DNA of 64,000 nt from an uncultured Pirellulaceae bacterium (GCA_937941455.1 CALDHM010000022.1:76335-140334); one strand, 5' to 3'; positions 19,039 through 29,583 are shown, numbered from the stretch's first letter. Made by a program: numbers and translations. The notes: generated by a model from the letters alone, not told the origin.

Positions 19039-20306
19039 CGAACTCGACGCAAGCTCCGACGACTGCCGCCGAATGGGATGCCCTTGACCCCTTGGCAAAA
19101 TTTCGCAGCGAATTTCATATTCCGCTACAGGATGATGGCTCGCCCCAAGTTTACTTTGTGGGCAATTCGTTGGGGTTGCAGCCGGTGAAGACGGCGGAAT
19201 TATTGAACGAAGAACTTGAGAACTGGCGGAGACTCGGCGTGCGCGGACATTTCACCGGCCGCTTTCCCTGGATGCCTTACCACGAGTTTTTGACCTCAGC
19301 CATGGCTTTTCTCGTCGGCGCACGTGACGAAGAAGTCGTCATGATGAATTCGTTGACAGCGAACCTGCATTTGATGATGGCCACGTTTTATCGTCCCGAC
19401 GATCGCAAAAGGAAAATCCTGATCGAGAGCCACGCTTTTCCTTCGGATCATTACGCCGTCGAATCGCAAATCCGTTGGCATGGACTCGATCCTCGCGATG
19501 CCTTGATCGTGGTCGAACCGGAGTACGGTCAGACGACACTCGAAATGGACCAGGTCGTCAAGGTGATCCGCCGCGAGGCGAATGAGTTGGCCCTTGTCCT
19601 GCTACCGGGGGTGCAATACTACACGGGGCAGGTGTTTGATATCGAACGGCTTACGGACGAGGCCCATCATCACGGCGTCACGATCGGTTTCGATTTAGCG
19701 CATGCGGCGGGTAACCTGCGGATGCACTTGCACCAATGGCGTCCGGACTTTGCCGTGTGGTGTTCCTATAAGTACCTTAACGGCGGCCCCGGTTCTGTTG
19801 GTGGCTGCTTTGTGCACAAGCGTCATGCAGCCAACACCAATTTGCCCCGTCTGGCTGGTTGGTGGGGTCATGATAAGCAATCGCGATTCCGCATGGAAAC
19901 GGTGTTTGAACCTATTCCCACGGCCGAAGGTTGGCAACTCAGTAACCCGCCGATATTGTCGCTGGCAGCGATTCGGGCATCGCTGGACGTGTTCCGGCGA
20001 GCCGGAGGCATGGAACCGCTGGCGGATAAAACGCGGGCGATGACCAGCTTTTTTCGCAAGTTGTTACGGGAACGCTTGAGCGGTCGGATTGAAATCATCA
20101 CCCCCGAAGGTCCCGGTTGCCAATTGTCCCTGCGGGTCATCGACCCAAAGATATCCGGCCGTCAAGTTAAGGAACAACTCGACCTTTCGGGTTTCGCAAC
20201 GGATTGGCGCGAACCGAATGTGATCCGAGCTGCTCCTGTGCCGCTGTACAATCAGTTCCAAGAGATCGAAAGGTTCGTGAATCGTTTGGTAGAAATTTTT
20301 GGCTAG
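19035..20306 (+). CDS. kynU: Kynureninase (PLP-dependent)
   Basis: FRSEFHIP...VYFVGNSLGLQP, WCSYKYLNGGPG (PLP-lysine region), and WWGH are typical kynureninase blocks. Confidence 0.9.
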   Translation: MTNSTQAPTTAAEWDALDPLAKFRSEFHIPLQDDGSPQVYFVGNSLGLQPVKTAELLNEELENWRRLGVRGHFTGRFPWMPYHEFLTSAMAFLVGARDEEVVMMNSLTANLHLMMATFYRPDDRKRKILIESHAFPSDHYAVESQIRWHGLDPRDALIVVEPEYGQTTLEMDQVVKVIRREANELALVLLPGVQYYTGQVFDIERLTDEAHHHGVTIGFDLAHAAGNLRMHLHQWRPDFAVWCSYKYLNGGPGSVGGCFVHKRHAANTNLPRLAGWWGHDKQSRFRMETVFEPIPTAEGWQLSNPPILSLAAIRASLDVFRRAGGMEPLADKTRAMTSFFRKLLRERLSGRIEIITPEGPGCQLSLRVIDPKISGRQVKEQLDLSGFATDWREPNVIRAAPVPLYNQFQEIERFVNRLVEIFG

Positions 20307-20384
20307 GCGATTCCGACTCGCAAAAACCGTTACATCACCACAATGACGACAGGTAGATTTTTTTGAAAGAAATTGATCGAAGCG

Positions 20385-21779
20385 ATGAACAAAAGCCGTG
20401 AACGAGTCTTAGTGGTGGGAGGTGGTCTGGTTGGCTCGCTGCTGTCCGTTATGCTCGGCCGCCTGGGTTATCAGGTGACGGTTTACGAAAAGCGGCCCGA
20501 CATGCGACGGACGGTGATTCCCGCAGGTCGCTCGATCAATTTAGCACTGGCCGAACGCGGGATTCGGGCTTTGAAACAAGCCGGTGTCTTCGACGTCGTG
20601 CAACCATTGCTCATTCCCATGCGGGGCCGCATGCTCCACCCACTGGGAGCCCCACAAGAATTTTCACCTTACGGCCAGCGGGAACACGAAGTCATTTACT
20701 CCGTATCGCGCGGCGAACTCAATTTGCGCATGCTGGCCGAGGCTGACAAGGCTCCCAACGTGACGCTTCATTTCAACACCGAATGCACCGCCGTGGACAT
20801 CGGAGCGCGGCGTGCCGAATTTTTTGACCATGCTCGCGGCCAGACGTTCGCGGTTGATTACGAAATTCTGCTCGGAACGGATGGAGCCAACTCGATCGTC
20901 CGAGATACCATTGTGCGCGATGGTGGCGGGCAATGGAGCACCGAATGGCTGGATCACGACTACAAGGAACTAACGATCCCTGCCGGAGCAAATGAAACTT
21001 ATCAAATCGAACAGAACGCACTTCATATCTGGCCGCGCCATGGTTACATGTTAATTGCGCTGCCCAATCTTGGAGGGAGTTTTACAGCCACGCTGTTCCT
21101 CATGAAGGAAGGTTCGCCGAGTTTCGCGGAACTGGACTCGGCGGCCGCGGTGCAACGATTCTTTGCCGAGCAATTTCCTGATGCTTATGAATTGATTCCA
21201 AGTTTAGCGGAGGATTTTTTCCGCAACCCGACGGGAGTCCTCGGCACCGTACGATGTTCGAAATGGACCAACGGCGAGAATGCTCTACTGCTGGGAGATG
21301 CCGCCCACGCGATCGTGCCGTTTCATGGTCAAGGTATGAACGCTGGGTTCGAAGATTGCCGGACCTTAGTCGATTTCTTGCGCGAATTCGCGGGAGACTG
21401 GAGCCGCACCATGGTGGCTTTCGAAAAGGAACGAATCGCGCAAGGCAACGCGATTGCCGACATGGCCCTCGAAAACTATGTCATTATGCGAGATTCGGTA
21501 TTGGATCCGCAATTCCAGTTGAAAAAGGAACTAGGTTTCGAGCTGGAACGCCGTTTCCCCGATCGCTTCATCCCACGTTACTCGATGGTAATGTTCCACT
21601 CGATTCCATACGCCCTTGCCAAATCGCGAGGAGAGATTCAAGAAGCGATCCTGAACAAATTGATCGCCGATCGCACCGACTTGCGCGGCATCGACTACGC
21701 TTTGGCGGCTCAGCTCATCGAGGAACGATTGCCTCGGCTTTTTGAAGACGAACCACTAGTGCTCACAGGACACGAATAA
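20385..21779 (+). CDS. kmo: Kynurenine 3-monooxygenase (FAD-dependent)
   Basis: FAD fingerprint VLVVGGGLVGSLL, GRSINLALAERGIRAL, LLGDAAHAIVPFHGQGMNAGFED. The length and blocks fit KMO. Confidence 0.9.
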   Translation: MNKSRERVLVVGGGLVGSLLSVMLGRLGYQVTVYEKRPDMRRTVIPAGRSINLALAERGIRALKQAGVFDVVQPLLIPMRGRMLHPLGAPQEFSPYGQREHEVIYSVSRGELNLRMLAEADKAPNVTLHFNTECTAVDIGARRAEFFDHARGQTFAVDYEILLGTDGANSIVRDTIVRDGGGQWSTEWLDHDYKELTIPAGANETYQIEQNALHIWPRHGYMLIALPNLGGSFTATLFLMKEGSPSFAELDSAAAVQRFFAEQFPDAYELIPSLAEDFFRNPTGVLGTVRCSKWTNGENALLLGDAAHAIVPFHGQGMNAGFEDCRTLVDFLREFAGDWSRTMVAFEKERIAQGNAIADMALENYVIMRDSVLDPQFQLKKELGFELERRFPDRFIPRYSMVMFHSIPYALAKSRGEIQEAILNKLIADRTDLRGIDYALAAQLIEERLPRLFEDEPLVLTGHE

Positions 21780-22314
21780 TCTCAGGTGATTTAGAGACGA
21801 TCAGGCGAACACACCCTTCACCCAGCCGCCTGCGCGGTCGAGCCATTTCATAAGCACGCGACTGGAAGCTTGGGGGCACCGTTTTGTTGGTCAGGATTTT
21901 GCGGTGTGGTTTTTCTCGTACTGGTACTCAGTATCGAGGTTCTCTTACTCGATTCGATCCTCGGCAATGGTCTCCGTGCGCTAAACCAGTCGAGTCAATG
22001 TTAAAACATTTTGTCATATCGCCGTTTGGCCTTGATAATTGGATTCATTGTCAATCGCATCGCAAACCCGCAGGAGTTCATGGAAAAAATAGCATCAAGC
22101 ATTTTCGGTAGTTGCTGGTGGTCCCAGTCAATTATCCCCAGAAATCGTCGAGGTAGCGGTGTTGATCGGATCGATCCGAGAACGAGCAAGAGCTCAATGC
22201 GGAAACTTGACGAACAAAGCGATGCAAACGGAGCGGAAACGGCGTTCCTAATTGTTTTCGAAATCGAGATCACGCGCGGAATTTTCGGACGGGCGATCGC
22301 CGTCGATATCCCAT

Positions 22315-24216
22315 TTACTCGTCGCCTTCGGCCGGCTTGCCAGACGATTTTTGAATCGGAATGCAGTACAACCGGGTCCGATCCGTCAAATACATGTTTC
22401 CATTGGCGATCGTGGGTGTCGTGTACACGGAAGAGTAGTTCACCGTGTCGTATTGCTTGACGATCCGTGCTTCTTCTTTGGTCGCTTCGAAGACCCACAA
22501 GCGTCCGTCCTCGGTCCCCAGGAAGACCTTTCCGTCGGCATACAATGGCGATCCCCAGATAGCCGACTTGGTATCGAACATCCAGTGCCGTTTGCCGGTT
22601 TCGAAATCGAGGCAATGCAGATAACCGCTAAGGTCGGAGATGAAGACTAAATCTTCGTGAACTGCCGCAGTAGACATGGTCCGCCGGAAGATCAATTCGC
22701 CTGGCTCACCGGTCACGGTCCCTTGCTCGTCGTCTTTTCCGCCATAGTGCCAAAGGGCTCCCGAGTTCGGATTGGGTGTACCTTGCGTGTTGATTTCGCC
22801 GAGTTCGGGGCTGATGTCCCCCGTGCCGCGGACGTTGATGCGGTAGAAATGCCCGACCCCCTCTCCGTGCTCTGGGTCTTCGCCGACTCCCAACAAGATC
22901 GAATCTTTGTAAAAAACGGGAGTGCCGATAATATTGTTTCGGGTGCTCGCACTTCCCAGATCCCAGCGAGCGATTTTCGGGTTCAGATCAAATTCCCAAA
23001 CGTATTCTCCAGACTCGGCCTTGAAGCAATACAATCGGCCATTACCACCAGGGAAGAACACCAACGCCTCGCCATCAACGACAGCCAATGCGGGACTGCT
23101 CCATTGACCATGCAGCACTTTATCGCCTGGGTTGTTTTGTTCCCAAACTAATTTACCCGTATGTTTATTGACCGCGATGAACGAAGGAGCGTTGGGACTT
23201 GGAAGTTCAAGATGAGCCTCATCGACCCCGTTACTTGTGACGAGGAACACCAGGTCACCGTGGATCAGCGGAGAACTTGTGGCCAAGTTATGGGGAAATA
23301 CGCCTAATTCTTCGATCATATCTAGTGACCAGATGATGTCGGCATCTTGCTGTTCCGTATCGACCTCGCTTGTATAGCTGCCGTCATTGCTGCCGTCGTA
23401 AAAGCCCTCGGTGTCAACGCACATCAACTCGCAGCGATTGGTAACGACGTACAAGCGATTCCCCTCGACGACGCACGATGAACAGATACCTTGCTCTGGC
23501 CAATCTTGTACCTGCCCGATTGGTAATTTCTCACGGGTGAGTTGCCACAGAAATTCGCCGTCGGACTCGCGGAAACACAACAAGATTCCCCGGTCCCCCT
23601 TATGCTGAGGCCGATATTCGGCGCCGTTATTGGTGCCAACGAAAACTTTACCGCCAGCGACGACTGGATTGCCGTAGGTCTGGGTGCCCAGTTGTTTCCA
23701 CCATGAGACATTGATGTTTTTCCTCAGATCGAACTCAAGGTTCAGGCCGGTGGCTTGCGAAGCCATGTTCCGATGCGTCGATCCTCCCCACATGTTCCAA
23801 TCTCCGGTGATGACCGGATCGTTCGATGTTTCGGCACGTCCGCTGGCTGGATTGGCCGGGCTTGTTGGCGCCGCGTTCGCTTGTTCTACTGATGGCAGAT
23901 CGTTTTGGTTAACCTTAGTGGTTTCCGTATCGGTTTTCGCTTGTTCCGATCCCTCAGATTTTTCGGCTGGCGGATTTACGGTATTCACGTCCGCATCGTC
24001 GCTCGCATCATTTTTCTCGGCGACTTCGGGAACCCTGACGACTCGGTCATCGCCGGTATCAACCCGAGGAGTTCCGGCGGAAGGATTCCCGCTGGGCGCT
24101 ATGGACTTTGCGGGAGTCGGTGGCGTTGAATCGCATCCGGCCGCCAACATCAGAAAGGCGGCGACCATCGGCACGAGATGCAGAATTTTGGGAGTACCGT
24201 ATTGCATGAGGTTCAT
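22315..24216 (-). CDS. PQQ-like beta-propeller repeat lipoprotein
   Basis: Lipobox LMLAAGC, a low-complexity acidic/Pro-rich linker of about 120 aa, then repeated propeller blades (WNMWGG..., GKVFVGT, LYVVT, GKLVWE, LYCF..GEYVWEF). Confidence 0.8.
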   Translation of the reverse strand: MNLMQYGTPKILHLVPMVAAFLMLAAGCDSTPPTPAKSIAPSGNPSAGTPRVDTGDDRVVRVPEVAEKNDASDDADVNTVNPPAEKSEGSEQAKTDTETTKVNQNDLPSVEQANAAPTSPANPASGRAETSNDPVITGDWNMWGGSTHRNMASQATGLNLEFDLRKNINVSWWKQLGTQTYGNPVVAGGKVFVGTNNGAEYRPQHKGDRGILLCFRESDGEFLWQLTREKLPIGQVQDWPEQGICSSCVVEGNRLYVVTNRCELMCVDTEGFYDGSNDGSYTSEVDTEQQDADIIWSLDMIEELGVFPHNLATSSPLIHGDLVFLVTSNGVDEAHLELPSPNAPSFIAVNKHTGKLVWEQNNPGDKVLHGQWSSPALAVVDGEALVFFPGGNGRLYCFKAESGEYVWEFDLNPKIARWDLGSASTRNNIIGTPVFYKDSILLGVGEDPEHGEGVGHFYRINVRGTGDISPELGEINTQGTPNPNSGALWHYGGKDDEQGTVTGEPGELIFRRTMSTAAVHEDLVFISDLSGYLHCLDFETGKRHWMFDTKSAIWGSPLYADGKVFLGTEDGRLWVFEATKEEARIVKQYDTVNYSSVYTTPTIANGNMYLTDRTRLYCIPIQKSSGKPAEGDE

Positions 24217-24619
24217 TCCTATTATCGCTTAGTTTTGCTGAGTCTCAATTCGTTTGACTTAAATTACGGAAAGTCCGCGGTTTCGGATCATTGATGGCGA
24301 AGTCATCCGCAGTAGATGGCTTTCGGAGAATTTGGCACACCTTGTCTCGAGTTTTTAGCCCCAAGTATTGCCACGGTCTTGAAGTTTTTTACAACTACGA
24401 TCCATGCGGGATCTGTTTTCTGGCTTATTCTTGTGTTAAACACTCACACTTAAACCAATCTCTCCATCGTGAAATTAACGATCGCGCCGTGTCGATCGAC
24501 TCAAGTGCATTATGTCAAATTCGCACCAGTTCGCGGTTCCATGACAAGACGCCAACATAGTGAACGTTTTTTTTGTTCGGCTATTTTGATTACGAACCAC
24601 TGCCGCACAACGTTCGAGC

Positions 24620-26845
24620 TCAATCGTGAAACGTGACTCGGACATTGTCAAAGGCGCAATCGTTGGTAGCGTAAACGTACAAGCCTGGACTCCCCGTTTC
24701 ATTTGGATTTGGATCGACATGCTCTAAGGTCCATTCCGACGGCTCATCGTCGCCGACCTTCCAAGCTTTGCCGAAAAGGCGAGCCTTCCCACCCTGGACT
24801 TTGACTGTGAACTTCAACGTATACCACTGATTGCCAGTGACCTCGAACTTCACCTCTTTAGCGTTGTGCAAGTGGGCTTGCCAGCTTTGCACCTCGACTT
24901 TGTTGTAATTGCCCTTGATCAAAAATGTGTAGCGGTTGGCGATCACACCGATATTCGGTAACGTCCGGCCCTTCGGCGTCATGTGGACATCAGCTTCGAT
25001 CGTGTAATTTTTCATGGTGGGCGAACCGAAGAAGATCACATGGCTGGGTCGTCCCTTGGCCGAGCCGATGCCGGCCAGCCCCAAAGCTGTATTGCCATCG
25101 AAATCCACCGGTTTCGCCTTGGCAAACGCCCGCAGCCAGGTCGGCGGAGTTTGCGTTCCCTTCAAGTCGTCGAAGTTCCAATACCATTCCTTGGTGCCAT
25201 TGAAAACGCGAATCCGGGCAACGGCTTCGAGATTTTCGTATTTGGCGGAAACGGTACCCGCCACGTCGTGATCGAGGACCGGTGTTGATACCGTAGAACC
25301 GCTCGTCTTCAGTTCGGACAGCTCAGGCGATAAGGTCAATTCTGGGTCAACAACCTTGATAAGGTGTCCCAACGGATCAAAGCAATACAACTTGTAGGTT
25401 TGCGGACGCTCCGCTGAGATAACTGTTTCGTAAGGTCGCAACTGAATCATAGCGACTTCGTCGCTGGGCGAAGCTTCAGCGGGCATCTCCGGGATCGGAT
25501 CAACTTCGGACGGTGTTCCCGTGCCGAGACAAATCGTGCGATCTCGGGTCACCAAAATGCAGCGGCCCTTGGAGATTGCGAAGGAAGCAAAAATCTCGTC
25601 GTCTCCGTTTCCTTTTACGGCCGGCAAGCGAACATGGGACAGGACCTCGCATTTTTCCCTTGATGGCTTGAGGATCCAAACATTGCCGTTAACCTCTGTT
25701 TGGTAAAGCTTGCCGTCGGCCCACACGGGCGATCCCTTGCCGATCGTCCCGCAGTTGTGGATCCACAACTCCTCGCCCGTGTCGGCATCGAGCGCGAACA
25801 GATTGCCGGTGTCGCTCATCACGTACAGAATTCCGTCGTGATAAAGTGGAGAGGCATAGTCTGCCTTAATGCCGTCCTTGCGCCAGATCGTTGCTGAGTT
25901 GATGTCGGTCATCGCCTTCGACAAGTCGATGCAACGGACGCTGCCGAACTCGGGCGAGTCGACATTGTCTTGGCCATGCGCGACAAAGAGACGATTTCCC
26001 GCGACAACCGGCGAAGCATTGATCGCAGATTTGGACATCAGGAACCCCCACAACCGTTTTCCAGTGCGCGGATTCATCGCGTAGATGCCACCGTCGCCAT
26101 TGCCGCCGATCATGATGCGTTGACCGTTGACGACGGTGATCACCGGGATCGAATAGTTTGTCCCTTCTGGAGCGACCCCCGGAGCGGTTACCCATTGCAA
26201 ATCGCCCGTCCGTTTGTCAAACGCATAGTAGTAGTGCATGGGGCCGGGTCCACGACTCGCCCCCCAATTAGCCGCTAGAAAACTGATGATGACCAAATCC
26301 TCATCGACGACCGGATTCTGAATACGGCCACCGTAACCCAGTATTTCGCCAAATTCCTCGACCAATGATCGCTCCCATAGAATTTTGCCGTCGCGATCGT
26401 AGCACCGGAATATCCCGGAGACCGTGTGCAAGTAAACATTGCCTGTTTCGGGATCACCGCACATCGAAGCCCAACCCACTCGGGCCGTGGCGATATCAGT
26501 CTGGAACACATTAAAACGGTGACGCCACAGAACCTCTCCGGTATTCAAGTCCCAGCAGACAACCTGTTCGCCAGCGTTGATTTTTTCGATGGGGTCGAGG
26601 ACGTCCTCGGGGGTCCGGCAATCGAGATAAACGCGATCACCCAAGATCACCGGAGTAGCCCGCCCGCCCGTCGGTGCCTGCCATAAAATATTTTTGCCAT
26701 CAAGCGACCAGTCAGAAATGAGTCCCCGCTCTCGCGAAATGCCATTCTGCTCAGGACCTCGCCAACTGGGCCAATCTTGTGCCCGTGCATCGCCCAGGAG
26801 TAAACAGAGTAAACAGCCCAGCATTATCCTGTTTTTCCACGTCAT
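24620..26845 (-). CDS. PQQ-like beta-propeller repeat protein with C-terminal jelly-roll (DUF1080/LamG-like) domain
   Basis: Signal peptide, then DWPSWRGPEQNG and repeated blades. The C-terminal ~200 aa (YTIEADV...NIGVIANRYTFLIKG...WYTLKFTV...AFDNVRV) look like a concanavalin-type beta sandwich. ATG at 26845. Confidence 0.8.
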   Translation of the reverse strand: MTWKNRIMLGCLLCLLLGDARAQDWPSWRGPEQNGISRERGLISDWSLDGKNILWQAPTGGRATPVILGDRVYLDCRTPEDVLDPIEKINAGEQVVCWDLNTGEVLWRHRFNVFQTDIATARVGWASMCGDPETGNVYLHTVSGIFRCYDRDGKILWERSLVEEFGEILGYGGRIQNPVVDEDLVIISFLAANWGASRGPGPMHYYYAFDKRTGDLQWVTAPGVAPEGTNYSIPVITVVNGQRIMIGGNGDGGIYAMNPRTGKRLWGFLMSKSAINASPVVAGNRLFVAHGQDNVDSPEFGSVRCIDLSKAMTDINSATIWRKDGIKADYASPLYHDGILYVMSDTGNLFALDADTGEELWIHNCGTIGKGSPVWADGKLYQTEVNGNVWILKPSREKCEVLSHVRLPAVKGNGDDEIFASFAISKGRCILVTRDRTICLGTGTPSEVDPIPEMPAEASPSDEVAMIQLRPYETVISAERPQTYKLYCFDPLGHLIKVVDPELTLSPELSELKTSGSTVSTPVLDHDVAGTVSAKYENLEAVARIRVFNGTKEWYWNFDDLKGTQTPPTWLRAFAKAKPVDFDGNTALGLAGIGSAKGRPSHVIFFGSPTMKNYTIEADVHMTPKGRTLPNIGVIANRYTFLIKGNYNKVEVQSWQAHLHNAKEVKFEVTGNQWYTLKFTVKVQGGKARLFGKAWKVGDDEPSEWTLEHVDPNPNETGSPGLYVYATNDCAFDNVRVTFHD

Positions 26846-27043
26846 GCGTTTGCCTTCGTCGCTAAACTGCGTTTTACTGCGCATCGAAAAACCATCCTCC
26901 CACCGCAGTCGATTGTAGCGAATTGTCTCGGTTGCGTCAGCGACCCCTGAAAGGTCAGTGCCACGCCGATTTAGATTTCGTTGAAAAATCTCGCCGACGA
27001 AGGTCCCCGCCTGCTCGATGCCTGTCCTGCGGTGACCATACGG

Positions 27044-27799
27044 TCATCGCCATTCGGCCGGATCGACGCGATAGATCATCGTCAACAGCCGATACAAATC
27101 CGGATGAATCGCCCGCAGGTCACGCGGCATTTCGAAAAATGTTTCACTAGCCACTGCAAAATATTCGGCTCGGCTCGTCGCTGCGTAAGGATCCAAGAAG
27201 GTTTCCTTGCCCGCTTCGATATCGGACCGCAGTTGGCGCAAACCGGCTTGCGACACCCGTTCCCACTGCTCTTGAGTGGTCCGATCGGGAAACCAGGGTT
27301 GCCCGCTCATCGATCCATTCAACCCGTCGATGTGGTGGGCTAATTCGTGGACAACTAGATTCTGGTGTTCTGCGAGTCCCTCCATCAGGTCCTCCCAAGC
27401 GAGGACAATGGGCCCACGCGCCCAAGCCTCACCACTACGCCACTCGTACCACTCGAGTAAGCCATCATTGGCCTTGCGGCGGAACTGGCGAGGATACAAC
27501 AGGATGGTTGTGATCTCTTCAAAGCAGTAGTCTTCCACCCCCGTCAGCATCAAGGCGGCCTGTGCCGCGATCAAAAATTTCATCTCGTCATTGACCGTCA
27601 AACCGTTGCATCCCTCCCAACGCTTTTCAGCGATGAAGATCTGCATGTTGCGTGCGAGCTTGGTTTGGATCTCTCGCGGCCAACCGGCGTACCAGGTTAC
27701 GGTTTCAGGCAGCCATTCTTCCCAAAAAGCCGGAGGCTGCTGGGCCAAGAGCGCCCGCCGGCGGCGCACGGTAAGCCAATGATGGAACAAGCCAAACAT
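27044..27799 (-). CDS. MtfA-like zinc metallopeptidase (M90 family)
   Basis: GEAWARGPIVLAWEDLMEG followed by HELAHHID (HExxH) and EYFAVASETFF, as in MtfA/DUF980 proteins. Confidence 0.75.
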   Translation of the reverse strand: MFGLFHHWLTVRRRRALLAQQPPAFWEEWLPETVTWYAGWPREIQTKLARNMQIFIAEKRWEGCNGLTVNDEMKFLIAAQAALMLTGVEDYCFEEITTILLYPRQFRRKANDGLLEWYEWRSGEAWARGPIVLAWEDLMEGLAEHQNLVVHELAHHIDGLNGSMSGQPWFPDRTTQEQWERVSQAGLRQLRSDIEAGKETFLDPYAATSRAEYFAVASETFFEMPRDLRAIHPDLYRLLTMIYRVDPAEWR

Positions 27800-28287
27800 A
27801 GACGGCGTTTAAACACAGATCGATTCCCGCACGGCTTCACGCACCGACAATCAGCCGAACGGGAATTTGTGACTTGGGAGTCTCGCTACTCGGAGAGACT
27901 CTTCCTTTGATGACCCACCGCTGGGAACCGACTTCCATGGCGCCTTCCGTAATCCGACCGCGGCGACGGCATTATACCTGGTGACGTAGCCCAAAGTTTT
28001 GAGGCAGTCTCGACGCTCTATCGGTATATCTTTTCGGGATTGCGCCGGCGAAGGCTGGGAAACCCTGACGGCTAGAGAGACTTTTCAGTTGAAAATTTGC
28101 GGCGTTTAACCGTTATTCCAGACGAAACGGTTGTGCGGGCCGATCCGATTTTTCTGAGTATTTGTACCGGCTTTTTCGAAAATTTCGATTGGAAGGGAAA
28201 AATGGAATCTCTACCTCCTGGGGCCAAGGCAAAGACCCAGGAAAAATCGCCGCCAACAGCTTTTCATCGAAAAAAAAGGATCGGGTT

Positions 28288-29415
28288 ATGCGAGTCTATA
28301 CCCACATCGTGTTTATGACGATAGCGTTGATTTCTAACATAGCCTTCGGCCAAATTAGAGATTCGAGAGATGATTCCGATTGGCTCCGCGGATCGAAGCC
28401 GGTAATTAAATTGTCTGATTCGCCAACGGCAGTTACGAGTCGACCGGCAAGTGCTCCCACAAGCATCGACCCCGTTACGACACAAACCGTTGACCACTCC
28501 CTGCAATCGTCCATCAGCGGTTCCAGCGGATTCTGCGGTGATTGCGACGGGGGTAGTTGCGGAACGGTCGGTTGTCGAGCCGGCCTGGGCTCACGTTTGT
28601 ATGCTGGCCGCGGCGTTCGCAACTGGATCGTGCGCAGCGAAGAAGGTTTCGACTGCTTCATCAGCCCGATCACCAACCCGGTCTATTTCGAAGATCCTCG
28701 TCTGATGACTGAGGCGCGTGGCATCTTTTTGCAGCACCGCGCCCCGATCACGGTTGGGGGGGGCGATGTCCAGTTGTACGCGTTGCAATTGCGAGCCAGA
28801 CTCAGTGAGAACGTGGCCTTCATCGCGACGAAGGACGGATACATTCGCTCGACCAATCCCACGATCGGTAACGGTTGGGCCGACACCGCCGCAGGTTTGA
28901 AATTTGCACTGTTTCGTGACGTGGCGCGTCAACGGATGGTAACCGGTGGATTTACCTTCGAATTGCCGACTGGTGAGTCCGACGCGCTGCAAGGGAACGG
29001 GTCGGGGAACTTGAATTTGTTTCTCTCCAGCGGTGCTCGAATTCTCAATGGCGTGAATTGGATCGGCGCCAGCGGCGTTCGCGCTCCCATGGACCGAGTC
29101 GACGAAAGCACTGTGATTTACTCATCGCAGCACCTGAGCAAAAATATCGGTCCGCGGACGTGGCTGCTGACCGAGTTCAATGTGCAAAACTGGACCCGTT
29201 CCGGTGGTGGCGGAATTCCCGGTATCGAGGGTGGGGACCTGTTTAATTTCGGGTCAACCGGCGTCACCGGCAATACGATCGTGACCAACGCCTTCGGTCT
29301 GAAGTTCAAACCGCGGCAACAATCGGAAATCGGTGTGGCTTTCGAATACCCATTGACCGAACGTCGCGATATCATCGACAACCGCATCAACGTGAACTGG
29401 ATTTGGCGGTACTAA
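28288..29415 (+). CDS. Putative outer-membrane beta-barrel protein with N-terminal Cys-rich segment
   Basis: Signal peptide MRVYTHIVFMTIALISNIAFGQ preceded by AAGGA. Cys cluster FCGDCDGGSCGTVGC. The C-terminal half has alternating amphipathic strands and ends in WIWRY (aromatic terminus). Confidence 0.5.
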   Translation: MRVYTHIVFMTIALISNIAFGQIRDSRDDSDWLRGSKPVIKLSDSPTAVTSRPASAPTSIDPVTTQTVDHSLQSSISGSSGFCGDCDGGSCGTVGCRAGLGSRLYAGRGVRNWIVRSEEGFDCFISPITNPVYFEDPRLMTEARGIFLQHRAPITVGGGDVQLYALQLRARLSENVAFIATKDGYIRSTNPTIGNGWADTAAGLKFALFRDVARQRMVTGGFTFELPTGESDALQGNGSGNLNLFLSSGARILNGVNWIGASGVRAPMDRVDESTVIYSSQHLSKNIGPRTWLLTEFNVQNWTRSGGGGIPGIEGGDLFNFGSTGVTGNTIVTNAFGLKFKPRQQSEIGVAFEYPLTERRDIIDNRINVNWIWRY

Positions 29416-29583
29416 GTTCGAACGCTCGCGGATTCTGACCGGCGGTTTGTCTCCCACGTTCTCGGTCGCCGGAAAACACGGGCAAGGCTTGAGGAGCGGC
29501 TGATGATCCCGGCCAGCGGCGAAAACAGACAGGAATGGACAGCGAGACGGCCAAGAAGAGGCGAAGTTTTCCGGCGGAGTCAA

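Noticed and set aside
24268-24280. GGAAAGTCCGCGG resembles the RNase P RNA P4 motif GAGGAAAGTCCGGGC.
   Set aside because: The surrounding ~400 nt are AT-rich and lack the other conserved RNase P blocks and GC-rich helices. It is most likely a chance 10-nt similarity in the promoter region of the propeller gene.
24333-24348. A plus-strand TGGCAC hexamer sits in the spacer between the two propeller genes.
   Set aside because: There is no TTGC at the -12 position (it reads GTCT), and no plus-strand gene lies downstream.
26948-26963. Minus-strand TGGCACTGACCTTTCA lies upstream of the 754-aa propeller gene and looks like a possible sigma-54 promoter.
   Set aside because: The spacing is right, but the near-invariant -12 GC is TC. 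It is too weak to call without experimental or comparative support.
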